The position numbers were made by a program, and so were the translations under genes. 64,000 nucleotides of DNA from a virus. Position 1 is the first letter of the stretch. Every line of letters begins with the position of its first letter. The stretch spans positions 1-64,000 of the IMG/VR virus record IMGVR_UViG_3300022602_000051. One strand, given 5' to 3'. A model generated the notes under the pieces. It made no database searches and was not told where the DNA came from. It saw only the letters and a program-made list of their open reading frames with translations. This document shows, in pieces, positions 36,932 to 52,300 of this stretch.

Positions 36932-39900
36932 ATGGCTACTAATTCTCGTCAAACAAACATATTTGCTGCTGAAGATTGGAAAAAGGTTTATACTACCTTT
37001 TCTAATGCTGACTTCCAAAGTTATGACTTTGAAACTCTTCGCAAGGTTATGGTTGATTATATCAAAACTTATTATGCAGAAGATTTCAATGACTTTATTG
37101 AAAGCAGTGAATATGTTGCGCTGTTAGACCTTATTGCATTTATGGGTCAAAGTGTTGCATTCCGCACAGACCTTAATGCTCGTGAAAACTTTCTTGACAC
37201 AGCAGAACGTCGTGATAGCGTCCTGAAACTGGTAAAACAACTTAACTATGTTCCTAATCGCAATGTGGCTGCAAGTGGCTTGCTTAAAGTGGTTAATATC
37301 AGTACTACAGAAAATATCTTTGATATCAACGGAACAAATTTAAGTCGTGTCACCGTAAACTGGAACGATGCAAACAATCCAAGTTGGGTTAGCCAATTCA
37401 CACAAATTCTTAATGCAGCTATCAGCAGTAGCACAAAGATTGGCAAACCATTTGCAAGCAAGAAGATTAACGGAATCCGCACAGAACAGTATAATGTTGC
37501 TATTCCAAATACTATTCTGCCTATCTTTGCTTTTAATAGCACTATCAATGATGTGAATACAGATTTTGAAATTGTAAGTGCTAATATTACAAACAGCGAT
37601 ACTATTAGTGAATATGATCCTGGCACACGCGGTCAATTTGGTATTGTTTATCAAAATGATAGTCGCGGTAATGCAAGTGCAAACACTGGATTCTTCTTAT
37701 ATTTTAAACAAGGCACACTTAATTCAACAGATTTTATTATTACTGAAAAAGTAGCAAACCGTGTATTTCCTATTAATACAGCAAATATCAACAACAGTGA
37801 TATTTGGATGTATGAAATTACCAATGGAACTATTGGAAATGAATGGACTCAAGTGCCAGCAACAAGTGGCACAAGTGCAATCTATAATAGCGTTGCTCGT
37901 GGTATTCGCACACTGTATAGCGTTGATACACGCATCAATGACCAGATTGATTTAATATTTGGTGATGATACTTTTAGTGATATTCCACTTGGCACTTATC
38001 GTGCATATTATCGTGTAAGCAATGGCTTAACCTATCGCATTACGCCAACTGATATGGCAAATATTAGTGTTGCTATTCCATATATTGATTCAACTGGTAA
38101 ACCACAGACACTTACAGTAAGTGCAAGTCTACAATATACAGTTAGCAATTCATCTCGTCGTGATTTAACAACAGAAATTAAGCAAAAGGCACCACAGGCA
38201 TATTATACACAAAATCGTATGGTAAATGGTGAAGATTATAATGTATTTCCATATACAAGCTATAGCGATATTGTTAAAGTAAAGAGTGTAAATCGTTATG
38301 CAAGTGGCGTTAGTCGTGGTCTTGATATCACTGACCCAACTGGCAAATATACTTCAACTGATTTGTATGCTCGTGATGGCGCACTTTATAAAGATTCATA
38401 TAACCAATCACTGAACTTTACATATAATAGTCGCAATGATGTGATTGATGTAATCAATAATCAAATATTGCCTATTATTCAAGACTACCCAATGCGTCAT
38501 TTCTATTATGAAAACTATACACCATTGGATTTTACAGCATTGCAACCTACAATTTGGTCACAAGCAACCAATGATACAACTACATCAACTGGTTATTTTT
38601 TAGATGCAAACAACACTGCCAATGGACCGCAGCAAATTGGCACTTCAACAACAAGTTATCGTAAGTTTTTGCAAGTGAATAGCTTGATTAAATTTACTGC
38701 ACCCACTGGTCAATATTTTAATGCAACTAACACATTGATTACGGGCACTCCAACACTAACCACAGACAAAACATACATTTGGGCAAGTATTCAAAATATT
38801 ACTGGCACTGGCGCATCTACTGTGCTGGTCGCTGGTCGTCAAATTGGTGGCGTTACGCTAAGTGAAGCTATCCCAAGCGGTGCTATCGTTAGTGAAGTAT
38901 ATGTTCCGTTTGCAACAACATTCCAGTATTCAACTATCAACACAATTGTAAGTTATATCCTTAATAAAACTGAATTTGGTTTAGTTTATGATTATAATAA
39001 AACTGCTGGTGTAAATGATCCTTGGACCATTATTCCAATCAGTAGTGTTAATACAACCAACCCATTTAATCTTGCAAGTCAATACACAACAAACGATAGC
39101 AGTTGGATTTTTCTTTTTACAACAAATAGCCAACAATACACTGTGCAATATCGTCAGTTAGACTATGTGTTTGGCAGCCAAAGTCAAGTTAGCTTTATTA
39201 GCACAAATCCTGCTGCTGTATATGATGCTGCAACAAATACTCTTGTTCGTGATAATATTCGTTTGACGACTGTTAACAGCGGCTTAAGTGCCGATGTTAA
39301 CATGAATGTTTATAAAAATTACACAACCAGTGATGGCTATGCTGACAGCACTCGTGTTTATGTCACATATCCTATTAGTTCTACAAGTGGTTTGCCAACC
39401 GATCCAGATATTTTCAGTGAAACAAATACAAGCAATACACTTGTATTCTATCAACAATATATTGATAGCGATAATCTATTGCGTTATGAACTGCTATCAA
39501 CTGGAACTATAGTTGCCATTTATAATACACTTGCAGACATTACATATGTTCGCAATAACTTTACTGTTGGAACTGTATTCTATGCACTCACAGACCAGAT
39601 TTTCTATCAAATACAGTTGGTGAATAATGTGAACACAATTGTTAATGTAAACTCACAATATCTTGTATTCTCTGGTCGCCAAGATTTGGTATTTGAATAT
39701 GAACATAATGCTGAAAATACTCGTCGTCTTGATCCTGCTGCGACTAATCTTATTGACACTTATATTCTTACAAGAAGTTATGATGAAAGTTATCGTAACT
39801 ATGTGTATGACAATACTGGCACAGTTGCGAAACCCGCTGATTTAGATAGTGTTGAACTTAACAGCAGCTATAGCGGATTGTTTAATTACAAAATGATTAG

Positions 39901-40321
39901 CGATGAAATGGTTCTTAATCCAGGTGTGTATAAATTACTATTTGGCGCAAAGGCAGATGTTACACTACAAGCTAATCTGCAAGTTGTTAAAAATCCAAAT
40001 ACAACTCTAAGCGACACTGAAATTAAATCGCGTGTTATTGATACTATCAACAATTATTTTAGTTTAGATAACTGGGATTTTGGTGATACATTCTACTTCA
40101 GTGAATTAGCAGCATATTTGCATCAGGAATTAAGCAGCTATATCAGCAGCGTTATATTGGTTCCAATTGGAAGCAATAATTATTTTGGCAGTCTCTATGA
40201 AATTCGTTGTGAGCCTAATGAAATCTTCTTAAGTGCAGCAACAGTTGATAATATTCAAATCGTTCAAAGCGTATTAAGCGGTATCAATACTGCTGGCGTT
40301 CAGTTATATCAGGGTTATTAA
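36932..40321 (+). CDS. gp6: Baseplate wedge protein (gp6-like)
   Basis: SYDFETLR, DFIESSE, ENFLDTAERRDSV..L, FGDDTF..IP, QNRMVNGEDY; GAGG RBS; TAAATA at 36912-36917. Confidence 0.88.
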   Translation: MATNSRQTNIFAAEDWKKVYTTFSNADFQSYDFETLRKVMVDYIKTYYAEDFNDFIESSEYVALLDLIAFMGQSVAFRTDLNARENFLDTAERRDSVLKLVKQLNYVPNRNVAASGLLKVVNISTTENIFDINGTNLSRVTVNWNDANNPSWVSQFTQILNAAISSSTKIGKPFASKKINGIRTEQYNVAIPNTILPIFAFNSTINDVNTDFEIVSANITNSDTISEYDPGTRGQFGIVYQNDSRGNASANTGFFLYFKQGTLNSTDFIITEKVANRVFPINTANINNSDIWMYEITNGTIGNEWTQVPATSGTSAIYNSVARGIRTLYSVDTRINDQIDLIFGDDTFSDIPLGTYRAYYRVSNGLTYRITPTDMANISVAIPYIDSTGKPQTLTVSASLQYTVSNSSRRDLTTEIKQKAPQAYYTQNRMVNGEDYNVFPYTSYSDIVKVKSVNRYASGVSRGLDITDPTGKYTSTDLYARDGALYKDSYNQSLNFTYNSRNDVIDVINNQILPIIQDYPMRHFYYENYTPLDFTALQPTIWSQATNDTTTSTGYFLDANNTANGPQQIGTSTTSYRKFLQVNSLIKFTAPTGQYFNATNTLITGTPTLTTDKTYIWASIQNITGTGASTVLVAGRQIGGVTLSEAIPSGAIVSEVYVPFATTFQYSTINTIVSYILNKTEFGLVYDYNKTAGVNDPWTIIPISSVNTTNPFNLASQYTTNDSSWIFLFTTNSQQYTVQYRQLDYVFGSQSQVSFISTNPAAVYDAATNTLVRDNIRLTTVNSGLSADVNMNVYKNYTTSDGYADSTRVYVTYPISSTSGLPTDPDIFSETNTSNTLVFYQQYIDSDNLLRYELLSTGTIVAIYNTLADITYVRNNFTVGTVFYALTDQIFYQIQLVNNVNTIVNVNSQYLVFSGRQDLVFEYEHNAENTRRLDPAATNLIDTYILTRSYDESYRNYVYDNTGTVAKPADLDSVELNSSYSGLFNYKMISDEMVLNPGVYKLLFGAKADVTLQANLQVVKNPNTTLSDTEIKSRVIDTINNYFSLDNWDFGDTFYFSELAAYLHQELSSYISSVILVPIGSNNYFGSLYEIRCEPNEIFLSAATVDNIQIVQSVLSGINTAGVQLYQGY

Positions 40322-40324
40322 TAA

Positions 40325-43300
40325 ATGGCATCAAAGCGTAAAAGTATTAATTTTTTACCACAGGTTTTTAACACTCTTGGCAACAAGAGATTCTTAAATG
40401 CTACTATGGACCCTCTTATTCAAGAACCAAGCTTGAAGAAGATTTATGGTTACATTGGTGAACAAGACCAAAGCCCTGTTTTTAATAAAACCGATTACTA
40501 TATTAATGAAAGCGACAACTATTCACAGTTCTATCAGTTAGAACCAGGCGTTGTTATTAATAAGCGTCAGTTAGGAACAAATACCTACAAGATTGACAAT
40601 GTTTATAACTATGTGGATTTGCTAAACCAAATAAGTGCTGATGGCGGATTAAACAATAACCATGACCGTCTGTTCACTAACCGCTACTATAGCTATAATG
40701 GCTTTGTTGATTTAGATAAACTAACAAACTATCGTCAGTATTATTGGGTGCCTGGCGGTCCACTGCCTGTTGATGTTACTGCTAACGCAACTGCAACACA
40801 ACAAGATTTTTATATTCATCGCAATAGCTATATTGCTAACAACGAAACTGAATTACAAAGCGCAGCACTTGGCGAAACTGGCTATAGCGTTGATGGCTAT
40901 ACCAATGTTGTTAATCCAACTATTACACTTGTTCGTGGTGGCGTTTATAATTTCCATGTTAATCAAGGCACACAGTTTTGGATTCAAACTGAAATTGGAA
41001 CAAGTGGCGAAAGCAGTGTCCAAAACAATATTTCAACACGCGATGTATTGGGCGTTGCAAATAATGGCGATGAAAGTGGAACTATTACATTTTCTGTTCC
41101 ACTCGCTACTGCACAAGATTACCTGATAAATTATCCAACACTTACACAAACTGTTGATATTATTATTGATGGTATCACATATGACCAACTGCAAGGTCAA
41201 AACTATGATACATTTATTCAATCTAACAGTTTAGATGGTGTAAAAAGTTTTGATGGAAAGTATGTTGTATTCACAAGTGTAACTGGTTTCACTGGCGTTG
41301 ATACAAGTCAGTATGGTGGTGTGTGGCAAATAAATGTTGATAACAGTGCAACACTGCCAAATGGTGATGTAAATCCTGATTACAGAAACATGAATCTAAC
41401 CTACATTGCGCCTTGGACTAATCTTTACAAAGTATTTGTAAGCCAAGGTGATGCGTATGGTCACGTTTATGCTTATAAAAATAACGTTGGCGTAATTACA
41501 AAGTTCCCAACCCTAAGTGCAGCACAAAGTGTTCTTTATTACTGTGATGGTGAAAATCCGCTTGTTTATGGAACAATTCGCCTTGTTGACCCTACACCAA
41601 ATAGCCTACTTAATGTTAATGATATTATTGGAAAAACAAACTACACAAGTCCAAATGGTGTTCAGTTCACCACAGGTTTGAAAGTAAAGTTTGTTGGTTT
41701 AGTTGTTCCAAGTGAATACCAAAACAATGAATATATTGTTGAAGGCGTTGGCAGTGCTATTAAACTTATCAAGTATAGTGACCTTGTTACACCCGAAACA
41801 ATCAACACCAATCTTGGCGTTTCTTATGGAAATGGTCAAGGATTTGATGCTGATGGAACTGGTTATGACGGTGCATCAAATAGTCCAGAAGAAAAAGATT
41901 ACATCACAATTAATCGCGCAAGCGTAGACGGCAACAGTTGGAGCCGCAATAACCGTTGGTTCCATCGCGATGTGCTGCAATATGCTGCTGATTTAAACAA
42001 TATCAGTTATAGTTTTGACAATACCGAACAAGCCAAGCGTCCTATTGTTGAGTTCTTGCCTAACTTAAAGTTATTCAATTATGGCACAAACTATCGCGGT
42101 AGTGTAACTTGCATCGACAGCGTTACTACAAATGCGTTTTCACAGGTTGAAGGCTTTAACAGTTATGCTGTAAAAACAAATGGCGTTTTCAATAGCGATG
42201 GTATTCAGTTGCTCAACGGCGTCACTGTTATGTTTATTAATGATGCTGACCCAACTGTTCGTGCAACACTATACCAAGTGCAAAACAATAAAACACGCGC
42301 ACCAGTAACTTCAAGTGTCCTTACTGATGGTTATTCACCAGCGGGCAGCACTGCACTTTATATCAACAATTTAGGAAGCATAGTTGAAAGTCAACATGTT
42401 ACTGGAACTGGTATTGCCCCAAATACAACTGTTGTTTATGTTGATACCACTAATAGCATTGTATATATTAACAATCCGATTACACAAGAAATTGCAAGTG
42501 GTTCAACTATTTTCTTTGATAACAGCTATGACCAAATTCATCTTGTTCCAATTAAAGTATTTGCAAATGGTGACACTGTTGTTGCTATGGAAGGCGATGT
42601 AAATCAAGGTAATATGTTCTATTATGTGGATGGCGTGTGGAATCTTGCACAAGTTCGCAATAGTCGTCCACAGTTTCCGTTATTTGATATTATCAATACC
42701 GATAGTGTGAGTTTGGGAGACCTAACTGCATATCCAAGCAGCACATTTACTGGCAGCAAGTTATTCGGTTATGCAATCGGTCCATCAACAGGAACACGTG
42801 ATAGTGAATTAGGTTTCCCATTAGTTTATAAGAGCATCGGTAATCTTGGTGATATTGTATTCCAAAACTATTATCAAACCGATACATTTGATTACAATTT
42901 AAATCAAATTGACCAAAAAGTAAATGTTGATGTCGGTTATGCGGCAGTAATTAATGGATTCAACGATTACACTTTTGCTAATGGTTGGTATCGTGTAAGC
43001 GATAAAAGCAAACAATATATTTCTCAAGTATTCAATGCAACAGAAATATCACTTAACAACTTTGACCTTGGCGTAGTTTATGAAAACAGTTACTATGAAA
43101 ACAATATCTTTGTTTATGTAAACGGTGAACTGCAATCTAATAGCACATACACTCTTAAAACAAGCGCAACTACAAGCCTTATTGTTTTCAATCAGGATTT
43201 AAATGCGGGTGATCGAGTATTTGTTAAGGTATACGGGTTAACAAATCAGTATAAGCAAACTTACACTATGCCACGCAATCTAACAAATAATAGTGAAAAC

Positions 43301-46300
43301 ACAGAATTTACTACTATTACTCTTGGTCAGCTACGCAATCATCTTATTGAAATTGGTGATAATCTGTTAAATCTCGTCGGTGAACCAGCGGGTGCTAATA
43401 ATTTTCGTGATTTGAATTTTAATTATGTTGGTGGTAAATTGCTGCAACACAGCGCAAGTATGCGACCAGCCGCGCTGCTGATTGCAAATAGTGATGTTGA
43501 TCCTGTTCAAATTATTCGTTATGCAGCCGATAGTTATAACATTTTTAAAAATCAACTGCTAAACTATATTAGCAATACACAGTTTCCTGATCCCACAAAT
43601 TATCGTGCTTGTTTAGATTTAATTTTAAATCAATTCTATGCTTTGGGAAACAGCAGTTCTCCATTCTATTATACTGATATGGCACCAAGCGGAACCAACT
43701 ATATCAATAGCACTTACACTGTTCAGAATACCAATTATCGCAGTTTTGGTTTAACAAAAACATATGATGCATTTACAAAAAACTTTGCATCCGTTATGGT
43801 TTATTGGAATGGAACACTTCTTATAAACAATCATGATTATATTATTACTAACAAAACCATTACAATTGCATCAAGCGTTGATTTGGTTCGTGGTGATACT
43901 ATTGCAATCAATGAATATGCAAGCACACTCGGTTGTAACATACCTGCAACACCAACAAAACTTGGCATTTATCCAAAGTTTGAACCACAGATTGTAAGCG
44001 ATGATACCTATGTGCCAGCAGAAGTGCAAGAAAATTTTGAGTATACTGTTAGTGGAATCATCGGCCACGATGGCAGCTTTACAGTTGCTTGGGGCGATTA
44101 TCGCGATAACATTCTTCTTGAATTTGAAAAGCGTGTTTATAATAACATCACTACAACCTATGCAAATGATAGTGATGTAGATTTACCAAGCATTGTGCCA
44201 GGTGCTTTCCGACTAACTGATTATAGTATTGGTGAGTGGACCCAGTTGCTTGCACCAGCATACTTGCGTTGGGCAAATTCTAACAATGTAGATATCTTTA
44301 CCAATAATACTGCAACAGGAAATCCATTTACTTGGAATTATAGCAGTGGTGTTGATAAACTATTCTATACCAATGTGCCTGGTTACTGGCGCGGTATATA
44401 CAACTATTTCTATGATACTGATAGACCACATACTAATCCTTGGGAAATGCTTGGATTCAGTGAACAACCATCATGGTGGGAAAATCGTTATGGACCAGCG
44501 CCATATACAAGTGCTAATACAGTTCTTTGGGGCGATTTAGAACTTGGATTCATCTACGGTGGCAATCCAAATGCTTCATATATTGATTCACGTTATAGCC
44601 GTCCTGGTTTAAGTCAAATCATTCCTGTTGATGAACATGGTAATTTGATTGCGCCTAATTTAAGTGTCATTACTCGTTATGATGCAAATCTTGCAACACA
44701 AAATTGGACAGTTGGTGACCAAAGTCCAGCAGAAACTGCATGGCGTCGTAGCAGCGATTATCCATTTGCTGTAATGATTGCATGGTTCCTTGCACGACCA
44801 GCAGAGTGGGCAGCATTAAAATATAATACTCGTGATTTAGCTTATAATGCTTCACTTAATCAGTATATTAATTCAAATACTAATAATCGTGTATTTGATT
44901 TCAGTGTGACAAATGCGTCTAATTATATTCCAGGTTACAATGTTTGGTTACAAGATTATCTTGTAAGCAACAATCTTGATGTAACAGAAAACTGGTTAAA
45001 TGTTGTAAACAACAGCACATTCAATCTTGTTTATAAGATGGGCGCATATACAGACAAGAGCTATCTTACTGTTGTTGCTGACCAAGTAAGTCCACAAAGC
45101 ACAAATAGTAGCGTTATTATTCCACAAGAAAACTATCGCGTTAAGGTGACAAAAAGCGCACCTGTTGCTCGTGCAATTTACAGCGCAGTTGTAGTTCAGA
45201 AAACTACTGATGGTTATCAATTAAGTGGGTTTGATAAAGAACGTCCATACTTCTTAACTATTCCCAGTTTAGTAAGTGCAAACAATTATGGCATTACAGT
45301 TGGTAATGACACTGCTATAATCTATATGGACGCATCACCTGGCATTGTAAGCTATCCTTATGGCACTGTTTTTAACACTAAACAACAGGTAGTAGACTTT
45401 TTTGTAAGCTATGGTCGTTATCTTGAATCACAAGGATTCTCATTCCAAGACTTTTTAAGTGATAACACTACTAAACAAGATTGGACACTTGCAGCAAAAG
45501 AATTCTTATTCTGGGACCAACAAAGTTGGGGAACTAACACTGTAATAAGCGTGACGCCAACTGGAACATCGCTTACATTCAACAGTTCTTATGGCGTTGT
45601 TGATACTATAAGCAATACAAACAACTATACCAAAGTAATTGACAGCGATAATACAACCCTAACTGGACGCGATTATCGTGTTTATCGTGATGACAATGAT
45701 TTTAGCATTACCCTTAAGAATACACAAAAGGGTATTCACCTTTTAGATATTGCTATTGTTCAGTATGAACATACACTTATATTTGATAATACAACTGTGT
45801 TTAATGATATTCTTTATGATGAGCAAACTGGTAGTCGTCAGTTTCGTCTGCGTATTGATGGCAGCAAGACACAAGACTGGAATGGTTCACTTTATGCCCC
45901 AGGCTTCTTTGTCAATGTAAGCGATATTCCTGAATGGGCACCATATACTGATTATTATACTGGTGATATTGTGCTATTCAAAACACAGTATTATGCCGCA
46001 CAAAACTTTGTGCCAGGTTCAGCATCTTTTAAAAGCAGTGATTGGTATGTAATCAATGGTGATTTGCTATCCAAAGACCTGATTCCAAATATGGCATCGG
46101 GTGCAGCACAGTTCATCAACTTCCATGATCCAGATGCAACTGACTTGAACAGTGCAGCAGATGCGTTAAGCAAAAGTGAAACTGGTTTTAGTCCACGTCA
46201 ATATTTTACTGATCTTGGATTAGATACAACTACTCAATATAAGTTCTATTTGGGCATGATTGCACAGAAAGGAACACAAGCTGTTATCAACGCATATCTG

Positions 46301-49300
46301 CGCAACTATCAACCGCGCATTGACAGTGATATTAAACTTAATGAACAGTGGGCAATTAAACTTGACAATTATGGTGGCACAAACCAGAACGACAAGTTAG
46401 AATTTAATATTGGTAACGCCACTTCTATTAATAATCAGTATTTGTTCCAGTTAATTCAGGATACCGATAACCGCAGCAGCGATTATAACAGCGTTAAGCC
46501 AAGTGACTTGCTTTATAAGCCACGCAATTATACAACTGATATCTTTGCACTAACTGAACCACGCCTACCAATTATTCCTACTGCTGGTCCAGTAAACACC
46601 AATGATGTTAGCGCAACTGTATTTGATATTAGTAAAATTTATAATATAAGTGGGCTAAGTCCAATACTTGGTGAAAGCAGTAAAGTTTGGATTGCTGCTG
46701 ATAGCGCAAATCAATGGGGCGTTTATCGTTTAAGTCAAACCAATAATCTGGTTGTAACTTATGTTAGCCAAGTAACGCCAACAGAACTACAATTTACCAC
46801 AAGCGCACCGCATTACCTATCACAATATGATTATGTAATGATTAAAAACGGTAGGATTGTAAGTGCTACAAGCAGCACTGCAATTGTAGATATGAGTGGT
46901 TTTTATCGTGTCAGCAGCGTTGGTAATAACACATTTAATGTAAAGATTACTAACAATGTTACTATTGGCAATGGTAATTTGTCTGCTCAATTGTATAAGT
47001 TGGTTAATGTTCGCTATACAACAGGCAATGATTTTGCAAACTTCACGCCTGCTCGTGGTTGGGCAACTAATGAAATAGTTTACATTGACAATGGTCCTGA
47101 TGGTTATAATGTAATTCAAAATACAAACAATTGGGCATACAATCAAACCAAGAGTCCTGTCTTCACCGCGCCAAGTGATAATTTTGGTAGCAGCATTAAA
47201 ATTAACGATACACAAGGTTTTGCTGTAGTTGGTGCAAGTCAAAAGAACGGCAGTGGCAGTGCATTCGTTTATGGTAAGGCACAAGATAACACTTGGCAAG
47301 AATATGGCGTTTTAACTCCATATAGTGTAGTTGGTAATGCAACCGTTGTAGATAGTCGGATTGGTGGTTTTGGCAGTAATGTTGATATCAACACAAATGA
47401 TATTGCATTTATAAGTGCTCCTACTGCACAAAAAGGCGCAGTATATGTTGCCAATGTTAATAGCCAGCAAAATGATTTAACACAAGTTATCCACTATGAT
47501 AATCTATATGTAATTAGTGCTGGTATTTCTCAGAGCAATTCTTATTTGTTGGTAAGCAATGTAAGCACATTTGATGCTACTGCTAATATTGCGGTTCAAG
47601 CAAACTATAGTTTAGCAAACTTTGCGAATGGAATGACTGTAGCTGTGCCAGGCACAACCACAAATGTTCAAATTGCTAACTTAAGCTATGGTTATCCTTA
47701 TCATAAAATTGGTTTGACCGCAAATCTTGCAACATTGGGTGTTACTATTCCAGGTTACTCAAAAGTTGCAATCTATCCTAATGTCACTCCTCAAAGTCAA
47801 CTTGGTTATAGCATAAGTGCGAGTGGTGATGGCAATTGGTTGTATGTTGGTGAACCTAATACAAACAGTGTTTATGTTTACAAATATGCAAATGTAGCAA
47901 CCGCTTACACAAATCGTATTGGCGATGGTTCTACTACAAGCTTCTCATATCCACCTGGTGCTCCTGCAACTGCAAGTGCTCTTGATATTAAAGTTTATGT
48001 TAACAGCGTTCTGCAAATACCAAATCTTGATTATATTAAGACACCTGGTCAAGCTGTTATTACATTTGATGTGCCACCAGCAAGCGGTGCAGCAATTTAT
48101 ATAAGTTATGAAAGCCACTATGTTGAAACAAATCGTATTGTGACCGATGATCCACAAGCAAGTGGATTTGGAACAAGCGTAAGCACAAACTATGATGGTA
48201 GTGTGGTTGTTATCGGTGCTGCTAACAGTGCTGCAACATTTACATCAACATATACAAATGCTGGTAAAATTTACATATTTGACCGCACCGCAGAAGAATT
48301 TATTGCAAATGGTGCAGTATCAACATTCCAATTAAGTAACGCATTTGCTGGTCTAACAACAATAACAACACCATCACTCATTACAAATCCATATGTATCA
48401 GTTGATGGCGTTGATGTAACTGATTCATCAACAATCAATTATGCAACCAATCAAATCACATTTGCAGAAACACCTGCAAACGGCAGCGTAATTCGTGTTG
48501 AATCAAATCAGTTTATCAATACAAAAATTGCTACAACTGATAGTGGTCAAAATAACAGTTATTATGGCACTGCAGTTAAGATGTCACACGATGGCAGCAG
48601 TGTATTTGCCTCTGCAACAGGCTATGGTTTAACAAGCAGTCAAAATGGCGTGGTATTTTATCTTGTTGATGTGCCACAAAAATATGGCACTGCCGTTGGA
48701 ACCGCATCTAACTTTACTATTGCTGCAAACAGCAGTATACGCATTAATGATTATCTTGTTACATTTGGTGTTCATAAAAATCCACCATTTATTACAACTT
48801 ATTATGATAGTGATGTATACCAAGCTGCAAGTGCTATTAATTCTGCAAATATTCCACATGTGTCAGCTACTGTTCTTGCAAATAACGCAATTTCTATTTC
48901 CAGTAGCGACATTACAAGTGCGGCTAAACTGCGTTTGCGCAATGAATATGGCAATGTTCTTAACACAATGGGTATTACTCAATGGCAAACTGTGCAGCGT
49001 TTAAGCAATCCAATTGCACAGGATACAGCATACTTTGGTGAAATCTTAAGCTTAAGTCCAGATGGAAGAAGCCTTGTTGTTGGTAGCACGCTAAGCAATA
49101 CTAAAACAACAACTACTTTTGATAGCCAAACAACAACATTTGATAGCGCAAGTGTGCGATTTATTGACACCGTATATCGCAGTGGTGCTGCACATGTGTA
49201 TGAGTATCAAGCACTCGCTGATGAAAACTACAGCAGCTATGGCAGCTTTGCTTATGCAACCCTACTCAATGACCAGTTTGCCAAGAGTTATGATCGCTAT

Positions 49301-52300
49301 GGCAGTGGCGTTGATGTAAGCACAAACTATATTATGGTTGGTGCACCACATGCAAACATCCTCAATAATCCTACTGGCGCAATGTATGTTTACTATAATC
49401 GCAATGCACAACCAGTATGGCAAACTATTCGCAGTGGTGGCGTTGATTATGATAGCCGTAAGATAGACCGCGTTTATATCTATAACAGCACAACTGCGAC
49501 ACTTATTGCAGAACTGCCAGTATATGATTTAATAAATGGATTCTTACCAAATGAGAGCGAAACATATATTGACTATACAGTAAATTATGATCCTGCTGTT
49601 TATAATCAGGTTCCAACTACTATAAGCTTTAACTATGACCGCAAAAATGCTTGGGGTAAAGAGCGAGTTGGTAAGCTATGGTGGGATACTAACAGCATCA
49701 AGTATTATGACAACTCTCAAGGCAGCGTATTAGATAGATTTAATTATTGGGGTCTTGCTTTCCCTGCAAGCACAGTCAATGTATATGAATGGGTTGAAAG
49801 TTTAGTTCCACCAAGTCAATATATTGGAAAAAGCCCAATCAATACTCCACTTTACACCGTCAATGATGTGTATACAAGTGCAGTTGAAATTGATAGCGCA
49901 ACAGGGCAAGCAGTTACAAAATACTATTTCTGGGTAAAGAATAGTAATTTAAGCAATAGCAATCGTCCAAGTGCATTTGAAATTCAAGGCTATTTGAGTT
50001 CTCCACGCGCAATCAGTGAGCCATTTGCTGCTGTTATCAGTCCAAATTCTCTTGCTGTGTTTAATGCATCAAGCCTTATAAGCTTTGATACAAATCTTGC
50101 TATTGAATACAAGACTGAACAAAAACCACAATTAATTCATACCGAATGGACACTGTTTGATGATGGCACTGATTTAGGCGTTGCAACCGAGTTCCTTAAC
50201 AAGCTTAATGACAGCTTAACTGGTCAAGATAGCAGCGGCAGAATCATACCTGATCCAAAGCTACCTATCGGTCAAAAATATGGCATGAGTGTTGTGCCTC
50301 GTCAAAGCCTATTTAAAGAACAATATACTGGTCGTCAGTTGTTTATTGAAAATATAAATGGTGTGTGCGCGACATATCCTATGGTATTGACAAGACCAGA
50401 GGCAATTATTGCTCTTAACTATTTTGAACCGCTACCAGATATTACACAGTATAAAACGCAAGTTGCTAACATTACTGAACTTGGTTATCTTAACAAAGAA
50501 GTTTACAAGCCAGGCGACCGTGTATTAGTTGTAAGTGATAGTAACAACTATACCAATGGTTGGAGTTTGTATCAACTTAACTATGTTTCCCCTGATACAA
50601 GAAGTTGGGAAATTGTTCAAGTTCAAACTTACAATGTAAACAGCTATTGGAGTTATGCAGATTGGTATAGCACCAATTATAATCCAAATCTGCTGCCAAC
50701 ATATACAGTCAATACCGACAACGATATTGCAAACTTAAAGTTAAATGTAAATGATACCATTTATGTAACTAATAGTTCAAGTGGTGGTTGGAAATTAGTG
50801 CTTGTCAATAGCAATAATTTAGAATTGCTTGCACAACAAAATGCTACAATTCAATTTAATGAAAATCTGTATAATTTGGTTGCTGCTAATCAAGGCTTCC
50901 AAACAAGCAGTTTCCAAAACGTAGGATTTGATGCCGATAGCAATCTTGAATTTAATTATATTTTTGATGTAATTCAAAACAAGCTGTTGATAAGCGAATA
51001 TCGCAGTGAATACAAAGCAGCAATCAAACTTATGATTGATACTATTGCAACACAGCATCAACAAACAGATTGGATGATGAAGACTTCATTTGTTGATATC
51101 TACCATCGTGTTCGTGGTCTTGATCAACTGCCAGTTTATCTGCCACAACCAGAAAGCACTGTCACTGATTTCTTCAGCGAAGTTAAACCATATCATACTA
51201 AACTCAAGCAATATATTGCAACTTATGATAACAGCGATGCTATTGATTATGCTTATGCATCTACAACTGACTTTGATTTGCAACCATATAAAAATAGCAC
51301 TATCAACAAATATCGCAGTCCACAGTTAGGCAACAGTCTTGATACAAATGCACTTACCAATCAAGCAGTCTATCAACCATGGGTTCAAAATCATACCTAT
51401 AGCATTGAACGCATTGACATGGTTGATATCGGTGCTGGTTATGATGCAACCACAACTGTAACTATTGTTGGCGATGGAACAGGCGCAAAAGCCACAGCTT
51501 ATATTCTCAATAATACAGTTTATACAATAACTGTCACTGATCCAGGCGTTGGCTATACATATGCAAATGTTTTGATACATGGCGTTGGAACTGGTGCATC
51601 TGCTGTTGCTATTATTGGTGGCGGTTTAGCGCGTAACATTGACACGCATATTAAGTATGACCGTTATACATACTTTAACTCTATTCAAGATTGGGCAGCA
51701 AATACTGCTTACACACTCAACACTGTTGTTGTTTATAGTGAACAACCATATCGTGTAACTGTTGCGCATACAAGTGGAACCACTTTTGATGCAACTAAAT
51801 TTGTTCCACTTGTTGTAAAAGTTTGGTATCCACAAACGCAATATGCTCTTAATGATGTTGTAATCTATCAAAATACAGCATATACTGCAAATGCGGAATT
51901 TACAAGCGCACTAACATTTGATACTGCAAATCTAACACCATATAGTGGTGTTTGGCTTGATAATGCGTGTGACCGTGTGTGGGCATATTACAGCCCAATG
52001 AGTGGCATGGCAGGTCGTGACCTTGCACAAGTTATGACAGGCATCAATTATGACGCTAATCAAATCATTGGTCCAAACTTTAACCAAACTCCTGGTTATG
52101 ATGTTACCAATTATGATTATATCTCATATGACTATGAAACATTCAATGCTGAAAATGTTGCCGACACATATGGTCCACAAGCAGAAGACACATATATACA
52201 AAGCTTCTTTACGGACAGTGGTTTAGGTCTTCGCCCACAAGATATTAACATTGTCGGCGGTGACTTTATTGATGCTTACAGCAGCCATGCACCAGAAGAG